Assembly (NCBI GenBank): GCA_036785375.1
Contig: JAWMAR010000103.1
Span: forward strand, 4,030,001 to 4,094,000
From: Leucoraja ocellata
Taxonomy: Eukaryota
DNA: 64,000 nucleotides
Direction of reading: 5' to 3'
Numbering within the stretch: position 1 is the first letter of the stretch; each line of letters starts with the position of its first letter. The notes under the pieces are model-generated. The model was not told the DNA's origin. It made no database searches and saw only the letters and a list, made by a program, of their open reading frames with translations. The position numbers and the translations under genes were made by a program. Below, in pieces: positions 50,428 to 63,916 of the stretch.

Positions 50428-50680
50428 GCCACTGTGGTGCAGCAGTGGAGCTGCTGTCTTGCAGGGCCAGAGACCAGTGTTAGATCCTGATCCCAGGTGC
50501 TGTCTGTACAGAGTTTGTACGTTCTCTCCTTAACCTGCATAGGTTTCCTCCCACACTCCAAAGATGTACATGTTTGTAGGTTTTTGGTAATATTGTAAAT
50601 TGTCCCGTGTGTGTGTTGAATGGTGTTAGTGTGCGGGGGCCCGGCACTGTTTCTATAACTAAACTAAACTAAACTAAAAA
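50428..50680 (+). mobile_element. V-SINE copy
   Basis: tRNA-like head, core and (AAACT)n tail. Confidence 0.8.
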
Positions 50681-52469
50681 AGTTATTTTTTACTTCTACC
50701 ATTTCAGGAAGTTTACTAGATTCTGCACCACAATTTGTGTCTAGTAATATCTATGGTACGAGTTTGAACTGATTATATCGGTTCAGATTATATCGGTAGA
50801 GCAGATCTGTTTGGATCACATACAAAGCAAATATTTTTTCGTACCTCGATACATGTGACAATAGTAAACTTAAACCTAGTTTAAACCTAAACCTAAACCT
50901 GGAAGGAACGCAACTAGATATTCTAGTGCACCAAAGCAGGTGCACAAAACAGTCTTTAAAGTGAGGTGGTGGTGGCTCTTACACGTTTGGCCTGCTGCTG
51001 TAAACTTTAACAGCATGAGAGGGTAGTTGTATACTTTTGGAATTAAAACATCTAGGACTAAAACTGCCAGCAGGAAGGATGAACTAATGTATGCACACTG
51101 AGGCACTGCTCCCTATTTCCATTGGTACAGACATGCCCACTACCACTCTGGACCAACTTAAAAGGTATTGTGAAGTTTATCGTTCCATTGTGCATGAAAT
51201 TTAAAGCTTAGAAACAAACCATTAACTTTATTAAAAAAAACATGCTCCACATGAACTTCAATTCAACGACAATTACACTATGTCTTTCTAATTCTTCCTC
51301 ATTCCTGTAATTAATAATCTTCCAATAGGTGTACCTGTGCTAGGCATCTCAACCTGTTCTCGAGCTGGAGGGTCTCATGTTCCAATAACTGGCTGAATTA
51401 TAAATGTCTCATGGATTTCTTATTGCATTTCTTGGTAATATCTAACATTTCTGGCTCTGTTTTCACTCTTCACAAGTAGAAATATTTTCCTCTGTGATTT
51501 CCCAATGGCAAATTTTCATCATTTTGAAATTCTCTCTCTAGTCTTACTTCATTCTTCCCAGTTTCAGAAAAATAATTTTGTCTTGTTTGACGTAGCTTTA
51601 CCCTCTCAGTCCTAATATTACCCTTGTTTAAAAGGTAGGCACAAAATGCTGGAGTAACTCAATGAGTCAGGAAGCATCTCTGGAGAAAATAGATAGGGGA
51701 CGTATTATCTTTATAAACCTGGCTTTGCAATTTGTCAAATAATTCTTAGTAATAAGGAACCCAGAGCTCTTCACAGAATTCTAAGCATGGTTCAACCAAC
51801 GTAAGGTAAACATCCTATGACAGTAAGGACGAAACGTTGATTCAGATTGCGAATGTACTTGAATCTGAATGGAAGTGCATCACATAAGATATAAATGAGG
51901 TTGATTAAAAAATTGTTTTAGCGCTTTCCGTTAAATTTTCTACAAGCAAATCGAGTAGGCAAGCATACAAAGTAGGAGTCAGACAGTAGGTTTCCCACAT
52001 TGACATGTCTTTACTGCACTTAAATATAATGTAAACACAATATGGGAGCCTTTCCCAGTGAGACTCCACTGGATCAGTAGTGTACATACAATTGACATGG
52101 CACAGATGTTGCTTGATCGTTACCCGCCTGCCTAATTCTAGAGTTTGAGGGCCCAGTTCTGTCCGCCAAAATAAAGTGTGTCCACATAAACACTTTGTAG
52201 TGTGCAGTGAAGATATATCAACTTTAAAGTCATACTTGTTCCTTGCATCCAAAATGAACTGAAAGACACTAGCTGAGAGTGGAAAGTGCATTGATTGAAA
52301 GTGCAATTGCTTTGCAGTATGAAGTTATGAATTCCAGACCTTGTAATGTTTTAGTGTCTTGTTAATTTCAATGACCCTTGCTGATATCTGCCTAGCCTAG
52401 TTCTCTTTCTTAATTAAAAAGATGAGTAGACTAGAGGCTTTGCTCCAGAGTTTCCTGCGTTTAACAGTA

Positions 52470-53990
52470 TTAATGTACAGAGAGATCTTGGTGTCCAAGA
52501 CCAAAGCTCCCAGAAAGGGGCAACACAAGTAGATAGAATGATAAAGAAGGCATAAGGTATGATTGCCTTTATTAGTCGGGGCATTGTAAATAAGAGTCGT
52601 GAACTCATGCTGCAGCTTTATAAAACTTTAGTGAGGCCGCATTTGGAATTTTGTAAGCAGTTCCGGTCACCCATTATAGGAAGGATGTGGAGGCTTTAGC
52701 GAGGGTGCAGAAGTGGTTTATCAGAATGCTGCTGGCCTGGATTAGAGGGTATTAACTACAAGTAGAGCTTGAACAAACTTGGATTGCTTTCTTTGGACTG
52801 TCAGAGGTTGAGGGGAGATATAAGGGGCAGCCTCTGATTACAGTTTGGCTGTTTTTCTGTCATTTTTTTAATTTTTAGTCTGTTTTAAACATTTGTGTTT
52901 GAGATTTCTTTAGCTTTTCTATGTGGGGGAGGGGGGCAGGTTAAGGGGAAACCGTTTCCCAGTCACTTCCTGGCGAGGACGCAACTATTCTCCAAGTTGT
53001 GTCCTCGCTCCCCCCCCCCCCCCCCCCTCCCTCGTGGCCTACCACCTGGATTGGAGCGGCCTTCCCTGCCGGGGTCACGGACCAGAGCTTCAGCAGCAGT
53101 GGATACATCACGGGGCGGGCAATGCCTTACCTGGTATCGCCGTTGAAGCTCCGGAGTGGTTTGCTGAGCTTCCTGCATGGGCGGCGCTGACTTCAACATC
53201 GTGGAGTCCTGGGGCCCTATGCCGAGGGCCGCCAGTGTTGAATCTCCGACCAGCGCGGCCTGTGGACTTCGGGAGCCGCGGACTCCAGCAGGAGGTGGCC
53301 GATTCGGATGTCCAAGCCGTTGAGGATGTTGTCCAGTCCCGACGTCGGACTTCCATCACCCCGGCGAGTGGGCCTGAATATCGGGCCGCCCATAGCGGTG
53401 ACAGCGGGGGGTTTGGGAGCCCCCCGAACACGGGAGGACAACAGAGGAGGATGAATGAATTTAGGAGCCTTCCCTCACAGTGGGAAACTTTGATCCCGCT
53501 GTGTGGGGATGTCTGTGTTAAAGCCTATCATGTTCTGTGCTCTTTATTATTTGTATGGCTGTATGGTGACCACACATTTCACTGTACCAATTGGAACATG
53601 TGACAAATAAACGTATCTTTTATCTTGTATCTAGAAATATATAAAATTATGAGAGGCATAGATAGGGTAGTCAGTCAGGATCGTTTTAACAGGGTGGGAA
53701 TATCAAGAACTAGAGGGCATAGCCGTAAGATCAGAGAGGGAAAACTTAAAGGAGATGCACGGGGCAGGTTTCTTTACGTAGAGAGTGGAAAATGTCTAGA
53801 ATGAGCTGCCAATGGTGGTGGTGGAAGCAGATGATAGTGGCGCTGAATAGGTTTTTGGATAGCTGCATTAGTATGCAGGGAACAGGGGGATTTAGATCAC
53901 ATGCAGGCAGAGGAGATTAACTTGCATCATGTTCATCACAGACATTGTAGGCTGAAGGGCCTGTACCTGTGCTGCACTCTTCTATGTTCT
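52470..53990 (+). mobile_element. CR1 3' fragment interrupted by a GC-rich insertion (~52822-53631)
   Basis: LYKTLVRPHLEFC… to …RLRGD at ~52820 resumes as …EIYKIMRGIDRV at ~53632. Confidence 0.75.
52822..53631 (+). mobile_element. GC/CpG-rich non-coding retroposon with a Rex1-like 3' tail
   Basis: Ends TTTCACTGTACCAATTGGAACATGTGACAAATAAA plus short repeats, similar to the Rex1 tails in the window. Confidence 0.55.
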
Positions 53991-56127
53991 ATTCCTATCA
54001 CAGTGTAAATGATAGTGTATTTCCCAAGGACACATCCCATTCCTCTGCCTCCGCATAATTTAGGTGGATTATTGGATTATTTTCATTTTTGCAAAAGTTA
54101 CTGATAAATTCAAGGTGTGGAAAATAGGGCACATTCCACATTGCACAGAAAGATCATCCGGTTTTACATCCGGACCATCAAGGTGAAAAATGTCCCTACA
54201 AGCAGAGCAGAAACTGCTGCATGTGTGAATGAAAGTAATCCGGGCACTAACATGTCAAGTCACCACAGAATACCAATGACCACTTTAAACTGAATCCAAA
54301 ATAGTGGGTACCATTTGTTGAAACTTTGTAAGTCATTCTGCTTCTCGAGCTGGTACTGCCTTTTCATAAGACCCATCTGGTCTATCCCATTCTGTGGCTC
54401 TTTCTCCATGGGAACACAAATGGTTTTCATTCAAGTGCTGATCTTAATTCCTGCTTAAATGCTATCATTGAATCTGTTTCCGTAACCCATTAATTCTATG
54501 AGTTCCTGATCAGAATCACTCATTGTGTGAAAAATATTTCTTGTGTCACCTCTGGTTGCTTTGCTAGTCTCCGTCAATCTGTGTCCTTTCAGTTTATGAT
54601 CTCCTGCAAATGGGAACAACTTCTCTTTATTCACTCTCCCTGGATTTTTTCATAATTTGTTCATGATGTTGACATTTTTATCAAACCTCTCACTTCTGTC
54701 TATTCAACCTTTCCCCCTCATTAACGTCTACAGACCCTTCATGTGGGTGGTGCCCTGAAATGGTGCCCTACAGATTCAGCAGAACTGAGTTGCATTATCA
54801 CCCTGTGCCACACAAAATGTGCTTTTTTTTTACATTAAGAGCATATGAGAAAGAATAAGTTACAGATTATGGAGCAATGAGGGAGATGCAATTGATGGGA
54901 TTGGTGTACTGGGAGCTGGCATCAAACATTAGACAGAATGGCCTTCTTCTGTGTCGTAATAAGTAAGTTATGGAAATTCAAAGTGTAGTTTAATCAGTAA
55001 ACTTTGAGAGATGACTTTCTATCCTAGCAGGAAGGATGTTCATCTGGATCCTGTTAGACTTTCATTTCTTTGGAGAACTTCCAAGATCCAACAACAGTGC
55101 AGGCTTAAGATGATGATGGCGCATTACACTATGCTACATGTGTTGCTGCACTGTTCCAATTGGTTTTCCATAGAGTCCTTCCGGATAGTAAGAAGTTTAA
55201 CCATCTTGCCAGCTCTCAGGCCAGGGAACCATACCTGCTGAATCAGCAACTGGTCAAACCTGATGCAAGAAGTGTAGCCCCTTAGAAATCCATGGGCAGA
55301 AATGGCTGTTCACTGAATGACACATGGACAATTTTACTTGATCGAGTTCAGTTCATTTAAATGTGTTTGATTTTTAGTCTTTGTTCGTATCAGTGCATGT
55401 GTTTCATGCTTTTGTTTTCTTTGCGATGTTTTAATAATTTTGATTTTAGAACTTTGCTTGTGTTTTTAACTGTTGAACATATTTGTGGATGTCAAAGACT
55501 GACGCAAATATTTATCGACAGCATTGGTAGCCGGTGAACCCAGGATTCTCTCCTCTTCCTCAAATTAAATACTGAAACAAAGAAATCATGTAACATTATT
55601 TTTTTTAAAAACAGATGAAACTGTAAATGCTGGAAGAACTCAGCCAATTAAGCAGCATCTGTGAATGAGAAAACAGTTAGCATTTCAAGCCAAAGATCCT
55701 TCATCGGAACTGACATCTTAAATCTTTCTCTCATTCTCAGTTCCAATGAAGGACACAAGGGACTGCATATCATGGAATCTAAGCAGAAACACTGCTGGGG
55801 GAACTCAATGGGTCAGGCACTCCACTGATCACGTCCCAGCATGTGTTGCTATCGCCACCCTTCCCTCGCCATCTTGCCTCCATTTGCCAATCAGTCCCTC
55901 CTTACCTGGATCCATTTAACCCTCCCATGCACCTCCTTATATTCCTTCCAGTCCAGACATCGTTTCTCAAGGCAACATTTTGACTGTCCATTTCCCTCCA
56001 CAGATGCTGCCGGAGCCATTGAGTTGATGCAGCCATGAATGCCTGTTGCAGCAAATGACTGGCATGGCAAATGGTGTGTTTGCCTTTATAACAAGTCCTA
56101 GTTAAGCGCAGGACTTAAGAAGCAAGG

Positions 56128-56395
56128 GGATGGCACAGTGTTGCGGCTGGTAGAACTGCCGCCTCACAGTGCTAGAGACTCAGGCTCGATTCTGACCACG
56201 GGTGCTGTCTGTGTGGAGTGTTCACGTTCTCCCGTGACCATGTGGTTGGGTGTTCTGGTTCCCTCCCACTTCCTAAAGATGTGTGAGTTTGTAGGTTAAT
56301 TGGCCCCTGTAAATTCCCTCCAGTGTGTATGGAGTGGAACTAATGTCACTGGGTGATCGATGGTCTGCATGCTGTATCTTTAAACTAAAAACTAA
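56128..56395 (+). mobile_element. V-SINE copy
   Basis: tRNA-like head and shared core. Confidence 0.75.
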
Positions 56396-58984
56396 TATTG
56401 TCTACTGCTCTATGAAACCACAACCACACCCAGAGATTTGTACAGTTTTGGTCTCTATACCTACGAAAGGAAGCATTTACTGAAAGGGAATGCAACAAAG
56501 ATTTAGTAAACTAGTTCCAAGAATGATGGGTTTGTTTATATGAGCAGAGATTGATTAGACTTGGAATTATTCTTTAAGAGTTAGCAAAATGAGAAAACTT
56601 AGAAAATTACCAAACTTGCTGCTGATGAAACTGGATTGCCGCTATCTTTCAATTTGTTTTCCTCTTTATATAAATCAAATCTCCTTGTTGCTTGTATGGA
56701 GGTGGACATTATAACAACAGCAACAAATATTTATACCAGAACCAACATCAATGATTATAATCCCACAACTATTTTAGGACCCTGTGGTTTACTTTAAGTT
56801 AATCTTTCATGGGATGCAGAGACGACTGGTAATTGCAGCAACAATTGTGAACCTGTAAATAACCCTAAGGCAGTTTTATCTCAACCTCCTTGATGGTAAC
56901 TAGAGGTGAATTTACTTGGAAAAGGACTTTGTCATCCAGATAAAATTTAAATACAATCCAATAGATTTTCAGCTATCATTACTGATACTAAGCATTTAAT
57001 TCCAGATTAATGTTTGAATTTGGATTCCCTAGCTGATGCGGTGGGATTTGGCTTTCCATCCCTGGATTAATTGTTCAGGCTTCTGCATACTAGTCCATTG
57101 CTCTGCTGCTTGCTATGCATCTGCTATTTTTGGCCTATGTTTGTAAGAGTGACAGTATTCAAGGGGAGTAAAAACAAAAAATAATGGAAATATTGTTCAG
57201 ATCATGTTGCATCTGTGGGAAGAGAAGCAGGATTAAATATTAATCTGACCTAATCAGTATTCCCAGCATTTTCTGTTTTATTTTAGATTTCCAACATCTG
57301 CAGTTTTGTTTTACTTTCATGCACCTCAAAGGCATTTCCTTGGTTGTAAAATGCTTCTAATTATGCTATGACCTTAAACAATTATATAAAAGTGTAAAAA
57401 TGTATTCTAAATTTCTGTCTTTGCTCTCTCAACCCTTATACTTACTCCAGCATTTAGTATCTTCCACATTTTTATTGTTGTATTTGCTGTATTATCAATG
57501 CTTGACTAATTTCTAAAATAAATTCCCATTAATTCACTACTTGTACTTTTCCATACCCATTTTAATTGTGCTTGTCTGAAGTCTGAAGAAAAGTCCTGAC
57601 ACAAAATATTATCTATCCATGTTCTCCAGAGATACTGCCTGATCTGTTAAGTTACTCCAGGACTTTGTGTCCCTAACTGTGCTTGAACTGTCCACTCCCT
57701 TAAATGTTTAATTTTCATTGTTACTTTCGAAATATATAATTTGAGCTTGTAACACCACGCTCTAACATAGTTAGTCTGCAAAAGTGTAATGAAATAGAGA
57801 GGATGTCCTCAGGATAAATAAAATGTATGGACAAAAAGATTTCTCAGCACTTATTTGTTATTAATTTATCTACATGTGGATGTGAATAAGATAACTAAGG
57901 CTGGCTTTTGGTAAATTCTGTAAAAAGTTTATGAGAGGACCTAATTACATTTTTCCTTGACAACAAAATGCTCTGTCTCAGGTTTATGGTCAACAGTTGC
58001 CATGAGAATTCATAAATTCTGTGCTGTTTGCCTTTTGTCTTTGTGACAGATACTGAGTTGGGAGCAATGACATGTTGAGAGATATGAGTTCTTTCAGCTT
58101 TTGAATTATGAAAATCAGAGCCAGAGCTTAATTAACTAATGTCAGAAAGTTCATCTGAGAAGCATGAACAATTACGGTCAATTGGTCCACCAAAGGAACA
58201 AATGTTCACATTGCATAGAAAAGAACTGCAGATGCTGGTATATACCGAAGAGAGACACAAACTGCTGCAGTAACTCACCAGGTCAGGCAGCATCTCTGGA
58301 GAAAAAGGATCGGTGACATTGCACCAAGCAGAATTGGCTTATGGGTTCAGCTGTAAATTTCATTCATTTAAAACTAAACTATTTCGGCAGATAACTCCAA
58401 GTGCGAATGCAGACATATTAGAGCTAGGGCCATAGACCAGGAGAATCGGCTCAATTTACTGGCACGGACTTCCACATAGTAGTGAATATATATAATGACT
58501 CTAATAGCAATTCTGGAGCATCCACATGCACATTTGAATGCAAACATTAAAAAGCTGCAGTCAGTGATTCCTGCTTCATCCAAAGATTGCATTGTTTTGC
58601 AATGTTTTCAGAGGCAATTCTCAGAAATCTGTACTTGGATGAGAAGTCAAGGTTTGTATCTTGATCATCACAAGGACTGCAGCAGTTTAAATAGGTGGCT
58701 CAGCACTACTGTGTAAAAGGTGATTAACAATGGGAAATTAATACTGGCCTTGAATGCTCGACTGCCTACATCTTCAATAACAACCAGTGAGGAATAAATT
58801 ATAATAATTAGTGACAGGAATGTGATTAACTTGTTCCTTCTTCTTTGGCCACTCAGTAGGTCCCTTAGTGTTCGAGTATATTGTTGCTTATTCAGCCTCC
58901 ATTTCGCCAAACAAATAAAGAATATTAAATTGCAATAATTGGACTTCTCCACATCCATGACTAAATACCATAATTCGTGTTATT

Positions 58985-60800
58985 AATAGTAAGATTAAAC
59001 GAGAATTTACCAGTTTGAAGTTTGATTGTCATTTTATGAGGAGTAACGTTGAGGGATTACGTGAAGAACCCGCCAGGACGCATGCGTGTCATTCTTCAAA
59101 GCAATGGTGTGAAATCACAGATAACAGTAATGACTGAACATAGTAAGATTAGAGAAGAGGATACCAGTTGAACTTTATGATCAAGGGTGGTAGCGGAGGG
59201 CATGTAATCCCTCAAAGTTACTCCTCATAAAATGACGATCAAACTTCGAACTGGTAAGTTCTCGTTTAATCTTACTATTTTACTTCGGAGTCACGTGAGT
59301 GACTACGTGAAGATTTCAAAGCTCTGCGATTTCATGCCGTGGAAACGAGTCCATGCATCACATCTGCCTTAATTGACTAAGGGAGGAATTGTGTTAACAT
59401 ATTTAAACATGAATCTGACATTGAAAACCCATGATAAATTTATTAACAACAAATTATAGCCCCTATTTCATGGGGTGAAATCATAATACAGAACTTAAAA
59501 TTGTTTCTGCAAAAGTTCCAGGTTTAACCACTGGTTTACAGTAGAATTGTTGGAACGTTTTTTCCCTAGATCATCCTGCTGTCTCCAGGATTTGGTCCAT
59601 CGGTACGTCCAATTCCATAGCTGCCGATGTAGCTGCAGCCCTGGTGGAATGATATTTGAATATGTTAGTATCCACCCCAGCTGTTGTTAAAACCTGTTTC
59701 AGCCATCTGGAAATAGTTTGAACCGACACCTTTTTGTGGGGTTGTTTATGGCTGATTAGTAGTGCCATCTCATTGCCTCTGATATTTTTGGTGTTCTCAA
59801 TGTATAATAATAAATGTCTTATTATACAGAGACGATCATCCATAGGGTAAGCCCTAAATTCTATTTTGAGGCCTGATGATCCCGGTCTGTTCTGTTTGAC
59901 TAATTCGTGAATATGAAACATTATATTTCTTGTTGAAGAAATCATATCGTCCAGCCTTAACTTATGTAAAGACTGTACCCTTTGTGCTGAGACCAAAGCC
60001 ATCAGCATTACTGTTTTATGCATCAGTTTTTGCAGGGACAGAGCTGTTGCTGGAGACCAGTTCCTTAGTAACGTTAGGACAATACTCACATCCCATATAT
60101 TAGAGTACCTGGTTCTTGGGGGATTGGATTAAAAATTCCCCTCATAAGTTTGGTTACCAGGGGGTGAGTCCCAACAGAATGACGCTCTGATCCTCGCCAC
60201 AGATATGCTGAAAGGGCACTTCTGGCGCAGTTAATGGCACTATAACTGAGCCCCTCATCATAATGGAGGCCTGCCAGGAATTCCAGGACAGACGTTATGT
60301 TCATCGTGCTGTAAGTGATGTTGTTTTTAAAACAATATATCTCTAATTTCCTGATGTATACCAGATATTGGTTTTTGGTAGACTGCCTGTGGGCCGCTGA
60401 CATAATGTTCAATGTTCGGTCCGTCAGTCCCAGTTCCAGTAGAGGTTTCTTTAGACTCTACAAATTAATAAGTTTGTCGTATTATGACATGGATGGCTAT
60501 CCCCCGTTACGTGATGAACCAACAAATCTGGTTGTTTCAGAACGGTGATACATGGTTCTAAGACCATGTCGAGAATCACAGGGAACCATGGTTGAGTAGG
60601 CCAATCGGGCACTACCAAAATACCAGACTTGTTGTATTTTGTGTAATACCTGACTGATGAGGCAGAAAGGAGGGAATGCATAGAAAAACAATTTTCCCCA
60701 ATGCAGCGAAAAGGGATCTATCGCTGATGCCCCAGGGTCTGGTTCCCAAGAAACATAGTTTGGTAACTGGTGATTGAGTCTAGATGCAAATATATCATGT
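58985..60800 (-). mobile_element. 5'-truncated DIRS1-like tyrosine-recombinase retrotransposon
   Basis: Minus strand: (D)IFASRLNHQLPNYVSWEPDPGA…YAFPPF…LVVPDWPTQPWFP, then a YR domain; terminal ~79-bp inverted repeat 58985-59063 / 59201-59279. Confidence 0.9.
59500..60412 (-). pseudogene. DIRS tyrosine recombinase (frameshift near 60089, W-to-stop at 59571)
   Basis: SYSAINCARSALS; ALVSAQRVQSL (catalytic R); HSTR; AG*SREKTFQQFY (catalytic Y). Confidence 0.88.
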
Positions 60801-60869
60801 TATCTGTCATTTGAATGAGATTTTCACTTCACACAACTACATATGATCTGTACACTGGGCACAAGGAGC

Positions 60870-61176
60870 GTAGTTTAGTTTTGAGATACAGTGTGGAATC
60901 AGGCCCTTCAACCCAGCAGGCCCTTCACGCTGATCAGCCAACAATCACCCATGCACTAGTACCATGCTATACACTAGGGACAATTTACAGAATCCCATTA
61001 ACCTACCTGGACGCCCTTGGAATGTGGGAGGAAACCGGAGCACCCGGAGAAAACCCATGCAGCGCAATCACAGGGAGTACGTACTAACTCTGTGCATACA
61101 GTGTCCATAACCAGGATCAAATCCAGGTCTCTGATGCTGTAAGGCAGCAACTCTACCGCTGCACCATTATGCTGCT
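60870..61176 (-). mobile_element. V-SINE copy
   Basis: Shared SINE head, body and tail. Confidence 0.8.
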
Positions 61177-61714
61177 GAAAGAATTTTAAATCCTCTATTT
61201 CAAAGATGAAATAGATAGCCACTTCCTAGCATAGTAGATCAGGCAAGGCCTGGTGGCATCTTGGGCTGCTGAAACTCTATTCCAATCCTCAATTCATCAA
61301 GGAATTTTTAATTTCTGAAAGAAATTGTGAATGACCATTGGCATTGTCTTTGATGTTGCCTTCCATTGCGAAATGATTTTCCTATTCCTTCAAGAAATTG
61401 GTAATGCAATCTACAAAGTTAATCAGTCAGCTCAAATAGTTGTTGTGACTTTTGATGGCAGAGCACTGTGTGCAAATGAAACAATTTCATTGTTAATGTC
61501 ATGGTGCATAGTAGGATCAAACTAAATGGATCTTAATACACATTTCTCTGGTAATCCCAATCATCCTTACATCAACCTCAACAGTCATGACAACTCTTAA
61601 AGGCAAATGAGATAGCAATGGTCGTTCCAGAAAACTATTGTTTTCCAGAAAGAAAGGAACTAGGCTTAAGGGAAATCAAAATAAAATTTGCAAACTGGAT
61701 ATTTGTAGTAAAAA

Positions 61715-61960
61715 CAGAACAGTGGGCCAGCTGGTAGAGCTGCTAGAGCCAGATTCACTCCTGTGTGGTTTGTGTGTTGTCCCTATGACCACGTGGGTTT
61801 CCTCCCACATCCCAAAATGTGCAGATCAGTAAAATTGCCCTTCGTATGCAGGAAGTGAATAAGAAAGTGGGATAACATAGAACTAATGTGCACGGGTGAT
61901 TAGTTCTCAGCATGGGCTCGATGGGCCTAATGGCCTGCTTCCATGCTGTATCTTTCAAAA
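61715..61960 (+). mobile_element. V-SINE copy (degenerate)
   Basis: GCTGGTAGAGCTGC…GGTTTCCTCCCACATCCCAAA…GCTGTATCTTTCAA. Confidence 0.7.
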
Positions 61961-62639
61961 AAAATGTCAGCAGAATCGGTGGAAAGAGAAACAGTTAATG
62001 TTTCTAGTCAAAGAATCTTCATCGGGACATATTGTAATTACTTCCAGCACCAGATCTTATGGGCCATTAGATGGTCTGAAATAAAAAGTACACACACTTA
62101 GTCAAATTAAAAGCATTGGTGCATTTACTATTTATTTTAATTGATATGGAATTATTGGCCAGGACTGCATGCTTACTGCTACACATTTCTCGCAAATGCT
62201 GGGGACGACATTAGAGAATATTTTGTTCCAATATTGCCGTTATAGGTTGCAAAATACCTTTGAGAGCACAGGAGGAATCCATGGGGCATTGTTGAATGAA
62301 CTGCTGCTATAAAGGATAATCATTTCCTTGTCTGTTAACATTGACAATTGGTAAGTATGGCCATTACACATCAGACTCTGGCAAAGTTCACAGTTTCCAT
62401 TTTATCTTCTTTAACACACATTATTTCAATAGCATTAAAGAATTACAGCAACTGTGTCACTCTGTGGCAATATTCATTAATATGGAATAAGGATAAGGGA
62501 CTAAAAGGAAATAACCAAAAACAACTCCCATTACATGGGCTTTTTGCATTCATGTTTGAATTCTACAGCATTAAGAAAATCTCTGATGATCCACTTCTTT
62601 TCAACAGTAAAGCAGAGAGGTAATTTGATTGGATTCAAA

Positions 62640-62825
62640 ATACTGGACGAACTCAGCAGGTCAGGCAGCATTTCTGGAGAACATGGATAAGTGATGTTTC
62701 AGGTCGAGACCATTCTTTCATCTGAGGAGGGGTTCCAACACAAAACAACACCTATCAATGTTCTCCAGAGATGTTCCTATCCCCTTGAGTTACACCAGCA
62801 CTTTATGGCCTTTCGTGTAAACCAA
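62640..62825. mobile_element. Degenerate palindromic Penelope-pLTR mini-element
   Basis: CTGGAGAACATGGATA…TATCAATGTTCTCCAG inverted arms. Confidence 0.6.
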
Positions 62826-63672
62826 CATTTCATTGTTTTTACAGGTGAATTGGTGAAATTGGTGAATTGGTGAAATTACTGGTGTATAATTAAGTTTTGT
62901 TCTCATCTCACGTAGATACTTTAATATGAAAGAGTAATTCAGTAGTTTTTAACCCAGGGCACTGGTTAAACAATTTTCACTATGAATGTGGAAAATGCAG
63001 CCAGTAAAAATCTAGTGCAAATTGCTGAGGTTTATACTGAGGTTCAGACCTACCTGAAATTCTCAACAATATTTCACATTAGTAATTCAGTGACAGTGTC
63101 AATGAGACAGTGGTCCAATTTTCACAGCTGAATCGTATGCCACATGTTTTAACCAAACGTGCATTCCTTCAGGTTTAACTGCAGTATTTCTCCAGGGAGC
63201 GTATTCATAAAACCTTTATGGTTTTCAAAATATAAAACTATTCTTTACTATTTTTAAAGTGTTCTTGACTTAGGAATATAGTTATGACTAGCATCATGTT
63301 GCCTATATTGTTTACTTAGCTAGGCAATAATGTTGTTAAAGAATTCATACATTTGTAGCGTATATCCAAAATAATGATACTGGGAGGGTTTCTGACACAT
63401 TTACAGTGTGTAAAAAAATCCAGTGCAGACGCAATGTATTTTATGATTGATTTATGCTCTTGAATGAAAGCATAGAATTATCCTTCTGCCAGGAACCGAC
63501 ATACAGTATCTGGCTCTTGCTACTGACATGGAATAATATCTCTTCTATGAATGCCCAATAATTTTTTTATCTTTCCTGTGGTACCGTATTTTCTCATCCT
63601 TCCTCGAACATAAAAATTAGTCTGTTGAAAAGCGAGGGTCATCATCTGTATTATAGCATAGTTGGCTGTTCC

Positions 63673-63916
63673 GTTGTGTGTAGGAAGGATCTAAATATTC
63701 TGGTTTACACTGAAAATAGACACAAAATGCTGGAGGAACACAGCGGGTGAGGCAGCATCTTGGAAGAAAAGGAGTAGGTGACGTTTCGGGTTGAGACCCT
63801 TCTTCAGACTGGAGTCTGGCAGTCTGAAGAAGGGACTCTACCCAAAACGTCCCCTTTTCAATTTCTCCAGAGATGCTGCCTGACCCGCTGAGCTGTTCCA
63901 GCATTTTGTGTCTATC
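63673..63916. mobile_element. Palindromic double-hammerhead Penelope-derived element with 11-bp TSD
   Basis: TTGGCTGTTCC at 63662-63672 and 63917-63927; ~95-bp inverted arms, each with CTGAAGAAGGG…CCC(G/A)AAACGTC. Confidence 0.82.

Noticed and set aside
52895-53603. 226-aa ORF and overlapping ORFs
   Set aside because: Non-ATG start for the long ORF, GC-rich low-complexity sequence open in several frames, and no domain.
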